A DNA stretch of 64,000 nt from positions 60,760,001 through 60,824,000 of the forward strand of contig OZ260661.1 of assembly GCA_965285935.1 (NCBI GenBank), written 5' to 3'. The DNA comes from Ophelia neglecta. Lineage: Eukaryota. The translations under genes and the position numbers were made by a program. Below the pieces are notes generated by a model, which saw nothing but the letters and a program-made list of their open reading frames with translations, was not told the origin of the DNA and did no database searches. Of this stretch, positions 37,163 to 52,400 are shown piece by piece (position 1 is the first letter of the stretch; each line of letters starts with the position of its first letter).

Positions 37163-40100
37163 TTTAAGTTATCGATTTATCGCCAATTCAGTGGAATGTC
37201 GTATTGCCTTGTCGCTTTGCTTCAAGTATTGAAATTATTCAAACTAAAAATAATGCACATTGATTATAAGGCAGTGATTTAACACGGCAATAGCCTACAT
37301 GTATCATCATAGGGCATGATCATTACATTATGACGGTCGCCATTTTGTTTTGGCGCTACGTCAATATGGCGGAGAGTAGGCCTGCTGAATAATCACGCTG
37401 TGGGCACGATTAAGGCCCACATACTGCCCCCATTCGTCATCACACTACATGTAGGTACTTTTAGCTTATCGACTTTAAATTTGGTTTGCAAGCGGGAACG
37501 AAAATCTTGAGAAATTTCGTTAATTTTCGCCGACAAAGGTTCTTGACCCTGCATCTCTACTTCACTGCTGACCTACAGTCGAAACGAGAGCCGACTAGAC
37601 AAACGAAATGTTATAATTCATGCTTGCTAAGATGTTCTAAATTCATAATGATTACAGCACAAGGCCTAAGCATTTCACATGCCACTCCATAGCTACAAAA
37701 TGCAGCTCATAGTCCCAAATATCGCCCAGTAAATTCATCATATTTTACTTTGATGTGAAGGATAGAAGGAGGCCTTATCTAGGCCATGTTTACCCGTCTA
37801 CGCCAGCCTTATAATTCATTACAAATCACGACCTCTTATGCAGTTTTTGTTCATAAAAGTAGCCTTTAACGAAAGCATATGTTTCAAGAATAATTTGGTG
37901 GACAGGAATACTTTTATAGATCTTCCGTAGAGCTGCCTAACGTTATAATTAATGATGTTATAAAGACCAAGCAATATAGAAATGCAAGGACGAAAACGGA
38001 CATATGCCGGTCGCAAGTCTCATGATAAATATACTATATATTGCCCCACTGCCCATACACTCAGGCTCACAGGCTGCTAAAATACAGAATCATGAGTGGT
38101 ATATATATATACGAAAAACGGTATTATTTACTCATCGCAGATCGCACTTGCTCATCAATCACAGCATATTACACAAGCCAGTGACATCCATTCCATGAGA
38201 GATTACAAATTGGAGCAACTTGAACTTTGTATCAACACTCGGACAAATATCGTCTGCTTACAGCCCCCTAATCAAAACTAAAACTTCCAGAAATATATAA
38301 CTATTGCAGCCGGTAGTTAATATCCTCATACATAAATCTTAACTGTGATAATCCGTTTGTCTATATAGGGCCTATTGAGATACAAACAACAGTCTCAATA
38401 AAAGGCAATTACATGAAATTATTGCTATCCATTTATTACATTTCTGTTTTATTCAAGAGGTAATATTCTCTGTGTTGTGTTTTCAGCTCGTTGTTAGATG
38501 AAGACTCTTTCGATGCATATTACAATTCACACGTAGAGGGTCATATCACTCATATATCCATCATAAACAAAATTATGAGTCTCTGCTAAATTACCCGCCT
38601 TAAGCTTTTGCCGCAAATTCACTGTTTGTGCATATATATTACGGAATTATTGGATGAAAGTGGTAACAGTTGCTTATCTAGGCGCTAGGGAGAAACATGC
38701 ATAAGCCATATGATACGGTATCTAGTCGGCGAATTATTAAAGTCTTCTCCACCATGGCAGTGATCGATTGCGAGGCGACAGAAAGGTTAAACATTTGTTG
38801 TTTTTATCAGCAGTCAGCCACTCTATAGCAGGGAGTCTCGTCTAGGGACAAGAGACCCATTTTCCTGGGGACTTTTCGATAGAAAGGTGTTGAAAGCCTG
38901 AAATCTGCTCCTAAATTCCGCGTGGGTAAAATATGGTCAACGAAATTGAGAATGATCGCCTGGAAAGCTTCAGAATTTTTATACGAATTCCATAGACATT
39001 TATTAAGCCTAACTATATGGGTGAGCGGGGCTCTAACACAAGCGGCCAACATTCGCTTTCCATCTCAGATACATAATCGCATCACTATATGGCAAATAAA
39101 CCGAGAAAAGTCATCAATATTCGAGCCTGATGAATTTGTTAAGCTGGCAATCTGAAAGACTTTGCTCGAATTCTTGCATATGCAATGAGATCTTTTTATT
39201 TCATTTTTATTTTTTCATTATACGTATCATTTGCAACCATTCGATCAATAAACCCACAGTGGATTTATTGTGTTACATGATCACAATGGACCCATTTACA
39301 AACTACAACGTTTACTGTTATTGATGTTTTCATATTATAAATATAATTTCATGTTCTACCACCGCGGCACATGTCATTAAAAACAAACAACTATTGATCC
39401 ATTCAATCCATCTGTTACTGTGATGTATGGCAGCTCACATTGGTAAATTATATTACAAAATAAGGGACATATGGACAACAAAAATTAACTGTCCATTGAA
39501 ATTGTCACTGGTCAGATTTACTAAATCAAACAAAGGAATTAAGACTAGGGATTAGTCTCCAGGCAGAGCAGAGGTGAGAAATTTAAGTCACATTTGATGT
39601 ATTAATGCTAGGAGTTGTTTCATGGGGCATTTCGCCTAATACAAAGGCCCTTTTTGGCCTGACACCTTGCTCACTTTGAACCAAATGACAGATGAGCATG
39701 CCAGTTAATTTAGTCGTAATATCACTTGTATAACACATCTCTAGTGCTAGCTCTGCTCCGAGGAAGCCTCCTGAGTACCAGTCAACCCCGTCACCTGAAT
39801 TTTTAATTTTCTTCAAGCGACTAACTCCCCAATGTGAATAGCTAGCTTCCCCAGACGACTCGAGCTGGACTCTTCCTTAATTTCCTTCAGCCAGATAAAT
39901 TTGCTGTTTGGCAGGTGGATTTCTCTGACAGATGAAGAAGAGAAAATATTAATCGAAATTATTCCCCCAGAGGTAAAGGGGAAATTGTCTGACATGTGCA
40001 TTAATTCGCAAGAGACATTAAATATATGGGACACGGAGCAGAAAATGTTTTTCTTCTCATTACAAGCCTCTTCGACATGAATAACTCTTCTCATAATTAT

Positions 40101-40448
40101 AACCTTGCTTTTAAGCGAATTATTCCAATGGGTATGTTGAATATTCATTGAGAATATTTACAGTGTTTTTTTAGATTCGTTTGTTTGTTATATTGTAAAT
40201 CTTTCCAATTCGAATCATTCGCCCTAATATCGTTTTTTTGTCTTCTTTGTGCCTGGTCGTCTGCACTCAGGCAGACATGTCTAAATGTATAGGTATATAT
40301 ACGAATATATATAAATATGTGTAGGTTTTTACGCATATATGTATATGTAGTGTGTAATAATGAAAGTCAACAGCACTTTATTTCAATTCCATGCCTAGTT
40401 TTCAGTTCAGTCTACTTGGCGACCTCATCAATGGCTGTTTATAAACAG

Positions 40449-40470
40449 ACACACACACACACACACACAC
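40449..40470. repeat. (AC)11 microsatellite
   Basis: Read directly. Confidence 0.9.
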
Positions 40471-43400
40471 ATATTTGTATATACAAATATAAGTATGCAT
40501 TGTATTATATATATGATGACAGCCACATACTCGACATATGTACTGATTGAGACTATGCCCCAAAAAATATTATTCCAGAAAATTGTGCTCTTCTTAACCA
40601 GTTTACATTTTACTTGCTTGGTGAATATTGCAGGAAAGAAATTATTCAGGATAACCACAAAAACAATGAGAGAAAAACGAAAGAAATATTTGAGTGTCTG
40701 ATTTTGCCAGTAGATGGTTTGCCTTCATCGAAGAAGGACTAAATGTGTTTCAATGGGATACGAGCGTCTCATATTCTCTGGCTTTATCTCATTATTTAGA
40801 CGTCGAAAAAAGTGTGATTAAATGATGAATTATTGCCGAGTTAAGGCATCAATTACCAGGTATTAGTGGCTCAAGTAGCGGCAAAATCACATGGATTTAA
40901 CATGTTACATGCAGTGCCCATGTAATAAACAGCTCCAAACAATTCTTGTGTGGTCCACTGCCGCTGTGCTCGCCACTGTCGTTACTTGGCATTTTGTAAC
41001 ATCGAATGGGCTTAACAGGACATAAAAACAACATTAACAAATTTTCCGAATCATCGCCACGTGTCCGCTCATTATTTAAAAACAATATCATTGGGTAACA
41101 GGGCCATGAACCTGCTGCATTCCGACATTAATTTTGCACTCTCTACGAGCCTATACAATTATGGTAGCACCGGAAGAACAATATTGGGTGGCTATGACCG
41201 AACTGAAGCCTGGAGTACTCGAATTAACTGCCGTTCCCGACGATTTATCGTAGCACCTGCTACAAATGGCGGTAAACGGGGATATTTTCGTCGTTTAATA
41301 CCATTTCATTGCAAATAGTACGCATCCTCAATGGTAAAGTAGGTATCAGTAGTCCTCATTTTGGTTAGATTATTAGCCTAAAATCGACAAAAGTGGGAAA
41401 TTGAGCTGCATTTGCAATGTAAACAAACCATAATTCATCGGGGGCCATGTTTCTACACTAGCAGACTGCGACTGGGCTTCACGCACGCTGTTTTACTCAT
41501 GTTTATATATTCCACATAAAAAGATAAAACAAAATTTAGGTAAATCAAACATGCAGGCTATGTTTGGCCATGAAAAAACTACATACAATTAATAATGATC
41601 TTTTATTTAGAATGTGAAGCATGGGATTGTCTACAGCATTCTATAAATTAACACAAATAAGCCTGTGTAGGTAATTGTATATCACTAAGGTGTGGACAAC
41701 TATGTACCTCAGAAAGGAATATAAATGAAAAAATTAAATAACAATTTCATCGACTATCAACAGGTACAGATAAGTTGATTATCACCCGATTTCTCACTGT
41801 ATTATAGTGTCATCCTCCCTTTTGGCACCGACTAAACAGCCAAGGGGACGAGTGAAAGAAACCAAAAATCGGTGGGTGGGTTGTCTGAATGATGACAACA
41901 CATCAGTTCAGCTTACATTTTTTGTTTTGGGCGATTTCAACAAGGTGCCTTGGAGTGAGAAGTGCTTAGAAATTCTGCCTTAGTCTTTACAAACCCTGGG
42001 GGAGTCATGGCAAGTGTTTCTCAACAAACTCGAGTGGATGGAAGTCCGTACCCCGAGGCTCAATCTCACAGTCTGTCTCTGTATATATATGTCAAACTAA
42101 AAAACAGGGTGCGGAGTTACAACGGTCTAACTCCCCGGTGTTAATACACACTCGCTGCATACAATATGCTGCTTGTATTTTGGTACAGAGCAGTAATTCC
42201 GGCAAGACAGCGATGAATTAATTATACAGTTAACAATCACACACTGAACGCGGTTTACACTGTATAGCAGGTCTGTGATGTCCGTGACACCACAATCCGT
42301 CTCAGTTATATTCCTAATGACAATTCATTTTACAACGAAATTCGATCATTTCGGGGCTCTTTTTCTTAGAATACGCCACCACAACTTAACTTTTTTTTTT
42401 ATGTAAGAGCATCATTGGCAATATTAATTGAAATATATTTTTATTTCTAGTATCCTAATTGTTAGGTTTATTCGTTCAGAGAATGAGAAGGCGAGGACTA
42501 GCAAGGACACCCTGCCTGTACCACCATTAGAATGATGCTTACGCCTGGCATCAGAAGTAAGATGGCTCATTCATCATATTTTGACAGATAAAGGCATGGT
42601 TCGTGGCCAAACACAAATGAGCATTGGAATAACAATATAGTAAAGCGAAATTCCAGCGTCAAGCACAAATTTTAAAACCAGATTGAACAAAATCAAATTG
42701 CTGTAGTCACATTTAAAATAGACAATTCAAAATTACAATATAGGAAGAAAAATCTATTCCTAACTCTCATAATAGCGGTTAACCAATGTTTAGGACTCAA
42801 CCACTCGTTTCGTTCAGGTAGGCCTAGGTCAAACTCGTCAATTCAAAGCCAGTTAAACAAAGCACGGGCCGCTTGAACACAATGAGATTATCTGAAGGAC
42901 CCCAGTGCTTACAGCCGACCCACCTTTTGCACCTGACAAGTCTGCCTTACCAGACTGGCCAGAAGTGATAAATTAAAATCGAATGTTCTGGCCACTTGAA
43001 ATATGATGTAGATAACACATCTTGCTTGTCACGTTAAAATCTAATTCCTGGCGAGTAGTGGTTATCTTATTGGACAACCTTGGTGAAAACTACGTGAAGG
43101 TTCAGATACAGCTGATTAAAAAACCTCTGATTTCATATAAATCACACAGAAAAGCTAATCTTCCAGGAGGAAAATTTGTTAAGGGTTATTTTAATCTCTA
43201 TATACCTAGAGGTAAATGCCAGGCCAACTCGTGTTCGTGAAGAAAGTTCTAAGTTTTAAACAAAAAATACCAACTACTTTAGTTAAGTTTATGTGTGAAG
43301 ATAGCAGAGATAAAGTCGCCCCGAGGAAAATCAGTTTATTTTGGAGGGGAAAGCCAAACTGCGATTATCTTAATTCCGATAACACCTTTCAAATTGGCAC

Positions 43401-46400
43401 TAAACGCAAGGTAATCTTTTTTAATTTTCCATTACCATAGGTCAAGCTTTCACATTGACATTCAGATAAAATGACAAAATAGGATTTGGATAGAAAACCT
43501 AAATCGACAAAGCATGTCTTCCGCTTCAAGTCCTATTAAATTATCACAATCCAAGCCAGAATCTGAGAAGATAAATGGCACCCTGGACGTAACAATTCAG
43601 CAGATTTACAGATAGCCCCTGGTGCTATCAATCGTGGAGCTTCTCATGCTCTGGACCGATACGCTTGTGTGTCTAGCCTCGACCATCTGAATTAAGATAA
43701 TCTTAACCTGGATTATCCTTTGTGTACGAAATCAGCAGTGCTTGAAATCCCAACCGTGTACGTGATGGATTAAATCCTGTCCATCGGTTCTGCCAAGTGG
43801 GCAGACGATAGACTGCAATCAAACCTAGAAATAACAATAAACGAAACTAGCTAACTGGATCAATAAATTCCTAGCTCCCTCTGTTCCTAACCGATATTGA
43901 TATTTGTACTGGTGAATAATATAAGATCCCTTTCTATTTATTTGCAGCTAATAATTGTCTGCCAAGTTTATTGAAAGAGGCTTTCTTCCTACTGACGATT
44001 AGGACAGACAGTCGACCTTGTGCCTGCTCTGAATATCAATAAAAAGCTTCACTTTCAGACGGACAGTGGAATAATGGGATTGCAATTTTCAATTTGAATA
44101 TGTCATTCAGGGATCTGTCTGTCATAGTTGGAAATCCTGGAGATTGTACAGCGTTGGAGGGGTCTTGCTGGGTGGCAGCTAGCGGCTCTCACAGCAGCCT
44201 GGCTACCTAGTGGCAGGTCAGACTGAACTAATACCAATGCGATTGATACAATATGTGCATAAAGCGAAGTGGCAGAAGGATGTAAATTTTACAACTGACT
44301 GCGGCTCTATCAGGAGCACAAATTGTGCAGGATTTGAGGCGAATTTTTCCCTGGAACTGCGAAGAATCCTAGGAACATCAATTTGGGTGGAAGGGTCTGA
44401 TTATTCGTCTTTTCCATTTATTTTAGGCAATGAAGGAACTCGACTCTCATCAATCATTTGACGACAGAGTTGGGCACAGATCGCAGGAAGGGAATTAGTT
44501 GGTTTTCGATGGAAAGCTCTCTCTAGGTCATCCTGTTGGAGAGCCCAATGAGATTTTAACTAGCTTGTTGCATTCGGCTTCAGCTAAAGCTCCGTCCTTG
44601 CCTGAGCTCACCACCTTTAGCGAACTCTATCAAGCCAGGAAGCCCTCTTGAACAGGATATAAATGATACACAGCCCGATACATCATTACCCTAAACAACC
44701 TATATCAACCAGGGAATTGGAGACTATATCCTTGATTGAGCGTCTCGTGACAGGCCAATTAAAGCTATTTCTTCCCTTGTCGGTTGGGTAAATGTGGTTT
44801 CTCTCAGAAATGAAAACTTGTAAGAATTTTGATGCACTGGCTGAGTTGGTTCCAAGGATTTCAGATCGTATTACCAATAGAGTGATAAGTCCTCAGTTAT
44901 TTTTTGACATTACTGCTTGATATCAGCCCCAATGTTAGATGGATTTCCGTCTCCTTGTCACCTCTATCTGATTATATCAAGAGCTTTCCGTTCAATTTTT
45001 AATGGTTATCTTTGTAACCTAAAGGCAAATTCAGGCCAGTGAGTGAACAACAGAAGCTTTTACCAAGCACCAAAGCACCAAGGCTGGTAGGATCAATTTA
45101 GAAAAGACCCTTTCAACTCTCGTCAACATCACGTGAGAGTTATGGTACCCACAACGTTTTCTGACATCCACGAAAGTCAAAAGCCAATTTCTGCCCCCAA
45201 GAATAGAATTTTCATAAAGTTAGCACCTCAGTTAAAAAACAATTTAGACTTAATTGATCCATAATTCCCTACCACGGTTTCCTGAATAAATACTCTTCAT
45301 AACATTAACAAGTGAATATCCCCAGCTAATTTGCCTACAGTAAATAACACCTTTCAGTGTGAAAGATCCTGAAAAACGCCTATTGCGGTGTGAATTATTG
45401 GTGTACAAGTAAGCGAGGCGGTAAATGGGCAATTCGTTATTAGTTTTTCGCTAAAATTAGTAGTTAGGTGTGACTGGGGAGCAGAATTCGTTTGTTTTGG
45501 CAATAAAACATGCGTATATCGCCATTGACCTCTGCACTGGATATAATTCAAAATGGCGGCAGTGTGGGTAATGGCGGCAGTCGAGGCCTTAAGTAGAATG
45601 CCTTACTCGTGACAATATAGTCGCCGTGTACGAGATAGTGCTGAGTATTATGATAACTTTCGATATGGGCTGTCAAGATAAATGTGTATGAGAGAAAATT
45701 TTTAATCTTCAGGAGAAATTGGGTGAGAAATGGAGGCAATTCCCGGTAAAATTAAAGTAGGTGTGTGCTAACAAATTATGCGTGCCAAGACGTTGTAAAG
45801 TTGATACTGAGAGGCAAAAAGCGTTCAAGAGAAGGACTTGTAGCTTATAGCAGTATGGAGCGATAAATCTTCAAATCAGCTATTAATGAACACAGACTTC
45901 CCGGCCCAGAAACTGCCGATTTCTTCGTTTAAGGTTCGCGAGACCAAAGGGATGGTCTAACCCCTGACACCCAAAGCAATACCCCAAACATCCATTTGGG
46001 TCTACTCAAGGGAGTGTTGGCGGATTAACATTAAATCATAGGCGTGCAATAACCCCATCTCCCAGCATATACAATGTTAATACCTATCAGAACAGATCTG
46101 ATTGCCACACACCCCTCCAGGGAAACATCCACATTGAAAATGCCGCATATCATCTTTTGCATTCTTCTCTTCGAAATAATTCATGTTTCATGGGATAAGA
46201 CCCTTTGTCTGCTCTTTTGTGATGGGGAAATTCGGTCTGATGCTTGGTTTAGTAGAAATTATTTCTCTGAGAAGACAGTCAAGAGTTGAGGGCATATGGA
46301 AACTGAAATTAAACCATACCCGTTGACAGAAGGTTTAGCAGTTGCTCGGAAGCGAAACCAACACCTCGGTATACTAAGGGTGCTGACTACTGAGAGTTTT

Positions 46401-49400
46401 CATAATACAATCAAATTCATTCTCCTCTGGGAATTTAATTTTTACACCTCTGTGTCTTTGAACATGCAATAAAAATTCCATGCACCCCTTTCTCATAAAT
46501 TTACTATTATAATTAGGACTCAAATTAGACATTAAATTTGAAATATACCTTAGATCCTGCTTGATGCTATATATTGAGTTTGACATTTCTTCCCTCGGGA
46601 TTTCTGTCGTCTGCTGTATCCCAGAGACTGACCAATGTGGAATACTAATAAGGGGGAGGGGGGGGGGGGGACATTGAACATCTCTGGTCATCGTTAGGAA
46701 ACAAACGAAACAACCAAGAATGATGGCTTTTCAAATATTCAGGACTTTTGTCTTGTAGCTAATGGATTTCACCCATCAACCTGTGTCATTTGTAACCATC
46801 AAAGAGGCTGGGAAAATTAGAAAGAGAGAGATACGGAGTCCTATCTGCTTTTAGAAAGATTAATGGAGGGAGGTGACAAACGCCAGAGGTCACAGATCGA
46901 AGCTGCACCCCAGGAGTTCTGTCTTTCCCGGTGATGTTTGACTCAGATCACCCTGATAGATCATAATACAACTGTTTGAATATTCAACACACCATCCATC
47001 AGTGTCCGGGCACATCTCGACTCCCTCGTGCATGGACTCCAGAATATCTAATACGGATTATTCTCAGATGGTCGAACAGAAGTCGCATTCTACTTTGAAA
47101 AACTTCAAGATATCAAGCACATTTTATTACTCGGGAAAACAAGCTTGACTGGTTTTGTAGATATGTGGTGCGATTTTATATTGAACATTTCTTTTTTGGG
47201 TGAAGATTTATTGCTGTATTAAGCGAGAACGGAAAAAACCGTGTTTTAGTATTTCCGATCAAATGTTTTGGTAAATGGAAAAGAACACGCCCTTTAAAAG
47301 AAACTGGAGAATTGCAATCAACAAATACTTGGGAGTTTTTTTTCACTCTACAAAAATCTCTCCATGCGCATTGTGCACATTCCTTACCGGCATTTCACAC
47401 TGAGGTCATATTTCCTTCGAATTAGTGCATAACAAATTATCAAATACTTGGACCTGCTTTGAACATCTAAAGAAAATTCTAAAGGAATTCAGTTTTTCTG
47501 TCAATATTGAACATAACAAAATAGGGCAGATGCTTTTATAGATTACAGGATGTTTGTATGGGACTTGTCACCGGTAGCATTAATAATCCATTCTTTCCGA
47601 AGTTTCTGTCTAATCTTGGACTAAGTGTCATGCGATATTCTGAGGAACCGGACAGCCTCTTTTGAGGGGAGGTGGGATGAATATGAATTTAGCTAATTTG
47701 TCCTCGACTAATTGCAGCGTCTTATAAATGTTGGTATTAACGAGACTGGCAGTCTCTGCATGCGAGTACCCTAACGGTGATAATTACTGGAAAATTGTGC
47801 GCTTATGCCTAGAGTCCCGGAGTGTGTAAAACATTTACCCGGCTGTACCATAGTCATCAATACTTTGTGAGTTGGGTCAAATCCATCATGGCGGCTCGCT
47901 AGCTGGTGATTTGGGGTAAGACGCTGATGTTCTACATAATTTGGAAGCCGAGAGACCAAACCTTTGCGGTCGATGGAGCTATTTTGCCCGCCAAATTTTG
48001 GGATGAACTTTTGCCTTTCCCCGGGTCTCTGTAGACGGTGATCCATCATTGCCTGTCTCCCTCCATCAATATTCCCTTCACAAAACGCAAGCTCAGAAAT
48101 AGGTTTTCGTGGAGTTTAATTTACCGGATCGATGAGAATGTGATTTATCATGCAGGTTTCAAATACACGATTTGGACAGTCCCGAGGGCTTGTAGATATT
48201 AAATCCCCTTCCAAAGCGAGGGCTTATCGAATTAAAACCAAGTTGGGCCTTCTCTTTGTGTCGGGTTCAGTTTATCGACAGAGTGGGGCCAGTCGAACAA
48301 GATTTTCGATATCTGGAAAAGACGCCGGCCCCTTCGCTGCCTTTCCATGCCGAATAATCATGGAGCTCTCCCAGAGGAAATCAACATTGCACACATGTGT
48401 GTTCTTTGACGGAGCTCATGGAAATAGACCTAGACTGGTAAAGAGCACGGCAGCTGAATTCCAAGTATACCTCGGCTCCATCGATGACAGCTCGGCGCTA
48501 TAGCCTTTTTTCTGTCATTGAAGGCGGCGTAGTTTGTTTTCAATGCTCCGCTTGAGGCACAGAAAGGGGTTTTGCAACCCTTACCTTGACTAACACCGCC
48601 CATATATAGAGAGTAGCGGCAGTCTATTATACAATAGTGTTCATGCTAGTCGGTAGCCAGAAATGGTTTGTACAAGCTTGGAGATTGGCCAATTCAAAGG
48701 ACATATTTAATCGCTCGTTGTCAACACATGACACTAGGCCTTAACGTGTATGATGGATGGAAAATATTCAATGTAAAATATGTATATAAATATACATATA
48801 ATATATATATATTTATTGACAGCATGCTGATTCTGACACGATGGCCATAGCCACATGTACCTACACACCAAACCGGGCCACTACACATTATATAGCACAA
48901 TATTTCAATATTGGTGTAAAATTCTGTACATGGCATTTTCAGCTGCAACCGTTGATGTGTCAGTGCGTGATAAATCAATAATTCAGCTCCTCGCTGAGGA
49001 GGACATGGCCTTGCTAAATTTCCTCGGGCCACAAGTTCAAGACATGCTGTCTTCACAATAATCAATACCGAAATTTAATAATAATCATGTACAGGGTCTA
49101 TAATTAGCTAATTTTTCACCCAAATCAAGACAGCTGGATATATGCGGTTGTACATGCTTCAGTTTTGTTTTACTATTTCAATAATCTTGTCAGATAGGCG
49201 ACTAAGCAGATAATTGATTTTGCTGCTGTCAAGTCGTATAGCTATGCGTCATATATCATGTGACAATTTTGACAGAAAGAGGGGATTGTCCACCTGTGTT
49301 TTCTGCTGATAGAGCTCGCGTGGTCACATTGCCCGGCTCGCAACAGACGCGGGACGGCCCCTTGGACTAGAGAGGGTCACCATATCCATTGAAGATGTGT

Positions 49401-52400
49401 CACGAGAATAATGAGATTAACAATAATAATTTTTCTCATTTCTGTGACGGGACGGAATGAAGACCAACCGCTGAGATGAAATCTAAGGACAAGGAAATAC
49501 TCATTAATTATTACTAACTGACAGGCTCCAGAAAAACCAGATAAATAATGATCTACACAGGTTTTATTGTAAATTTATGACGACTAGGCCACCTTTGATT
49601 TGACATCAATTAAAAAAGTCCATGGCCAAATTATCAAGTAAACGACATAGGCCTGGAGGTCTAAAGTCAGGAAAGATAGTTCTAGAAAAGTCAAGCCGCA
49701 GGACTACTTACTTTTTTAACAAAATTCATTGCCATCTCATTACCAGTGCTTTCTATTGTTTGAAGTTACAGGCTATAGCGTTGATATCCCAACAAAAATA
49801 TTTCAATTGAAGAAAAGATTTATCTGTATAAGACGACGGCTAGAAGTCCAACGTGAGTATTTACAAATATATTGGATATACTAGGCCAGTTAACTAGGTC
49901 ACACATTCCTTACTTTATCGCCCATCAGTTATAATTCCTGGCGCAATAAAAGAACGATAAAACCGTGCTGGTAGCCATTAGCTTGGTATAAAACAACCAT
50001 AAATTAGTTCGCTAACCACAGATATAGATCAACAGAACTCTGACCTCTTATAAATCTAGACCAATCCATGAACTAGAGTAACCTTATTTTTAACTGTTTT
50101 AAACATTAGAACTATTATATGCTTAGTACTTCTAGTAGTTGGCGCATAAAATAGTAATATAAATGTCAGTTTCCCACAGATATATTTATCTCTCTCTTGT
50201 TGACTGCATGAAAAATGACGTGTTGAGACCAGTCGAAGAATAGATTTTTGCGATAAAAGTTACAAGATAACTTGTAACCTCAGACAAAGGACAGACATTC
50301 CGGGGAACCAGGCTACACGCGCAGTGATACATCAGCCACTGATAACGATAATTGATTTTCATCAACAAAAAGCGTTACGATTTGTTTCAATTATTTGTTA
50401 TCTATCTATTTTGTCTGTGTTCACTTTCTGCTGCATTGAACCTCACACCGAGTTGTCACAGATTATCATAAAACTACTTTGTTAGGAGAAAACCCAGGCC
50501 TACCGTATTTCCTTCGCCGCTTGCATCTCACTGACCTTTTTAAACATGGTCACATGGTACATACTGACCAATGAGAGGACACACTTTCAGACCTCGACCT
50601 TTGACCATTTTCATGCATGACTAAAGCAACAAACCACACTAAGTCTTGTCAAGAAAAAACATACGTGAAGCTACATTATATAAAGTGAACTCACATACCT
50701 GCTGGGCTTAATATGTTTTATGCGTTGTCCATTTTCCAGATCTTATTAAACTTTGAATCCTATAATTTTGCTAAATTCACGAATGAACAACTTCGTTCAA
50801 TTATTCATGCAATTATATCATTCTAATGTGACTCAGCTGCTAAAACATAAAGATGGTACACTTATAAACGGCCAAACTTCCTATTAGACTAGTAACCTGA
50901 CCAGTTGTCATAAGTTCCATTTCCATGCTATATATACAGGCTTAGACAGTACCAATGAAACCGTCTGGGTAACTATAATACTGACGAGTATTGCATGCAC
51001 GTGAATTGTAAAGGTCATATTGATATCAGATTTCCGCACGAGAAAATTTAATATCCCAACTCCCGGAGGATAGGTACAGAAATAAAACATAGACATAGAT
51101 GTGTTATATTAATGCCAAGGTTATGATCCTTGGCAGAAGCCTGGCCTAATAAACCATGCTATGTTTGGTATTGTAGAAGCTCAATATTCTCTCAACTTTG
51201 ATGTTATAGACAATATATTATGATAGTGATTTTTACTAATAAATAATAACTCAAGAGGAGCTGTTGTGGGTTGTATAGTATGTAGGAGACGGGGGGGGGG
51301 GGGGGGGGGGGATAGGTAAACACACTTCACGGAAGATAAAAGTGTCCTTGAAATAACAAAGATGTTTGTGTGAGTAGATGAACGAAGGATCTCATTACAG
51401 TTCAAAGAAAATGTAATCGTCCTTTAACAATTCACATGACATACGTTGATCTCCAATGCATTTGAACTTAACAAAACAAAAATATCCCAAATCATGGTTG
51501 TTACTAAGAGATGGACTACTCGCAAGTGACTCCGGCCAGTTTGCCTCTACATTAATTTTGATACCCCTCCCCTCCCAACCCCACCCCTCCCCCGCTCTCT
51601 CCATCATTGAGCGTCACCAGGAACTAGAAAAAACGACATTCAAACTGGCATTAGAGTAGTTAAAAAAAACTTGACAATAAAGAGGTCTATAATTTCTGGG
51701 CTGGCGCAAACCAGTTTTAATAAAATTGTGTAACCAAAGATTAAACAATACCTAAAAAATTTAAAAGACATTAAATAAGAGATGTGCGCCTAATACACAA
51801 ATACTGCTAAATTAGATAGAAAACAAATGATAAATAGGCTATAGGCCCAGGCTTTAGGCGAAATAAGGGGAGACAAAACAAAAAGCAGCATAAACATATA
51901 TAACATTAGCCCCTAGACCTAGGCTTGTAGGCACATCGCCTATCAGGTAATGAGATAGTTTAGGCATATTTCGCGCAGCACGCAAAATTAACCGATTTGG
52001 GTTGGCAGTAGGCCTATAGGCTTCTATAGTGTAATTGTGGGGAAATTATAAGAGGGTAGCTGCATGAGTATAATGCTTCACTTCTCTCAAACTACCCATC
52101 GATGGCAAATTCGCAGTGGGCTAGCCGAACCAGGTTTAATGCAAGTAACCTTCATGAAAACGAGCTCAGAAAAAAATCACCATCACGTAGTCCTGCAAGT
52201 CTAATTGAGGAAGTGATATTTCAGGCAGGTTCTTGAAGCTCAACCCGAAATAGGCGGTGCCGGGTTGGGCAAGGCCCGGCACTGCCTAATTACGCGCGAA
52301 GGGATACAAGTTCCCCGTCGACGCTATTGTCGGTGTTGAATACCTTAACGCCAATTTTGTGGGGCTTAATTGTACAACATTTAGCCGAATATTCTCCCTT

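Noticed and set aside
36809-37282. 157-aa plus-strand ORF antisense to the Antp leader
   Set aside because: TTG start, no recognisable domain, and composition typical of non-coding DNA.
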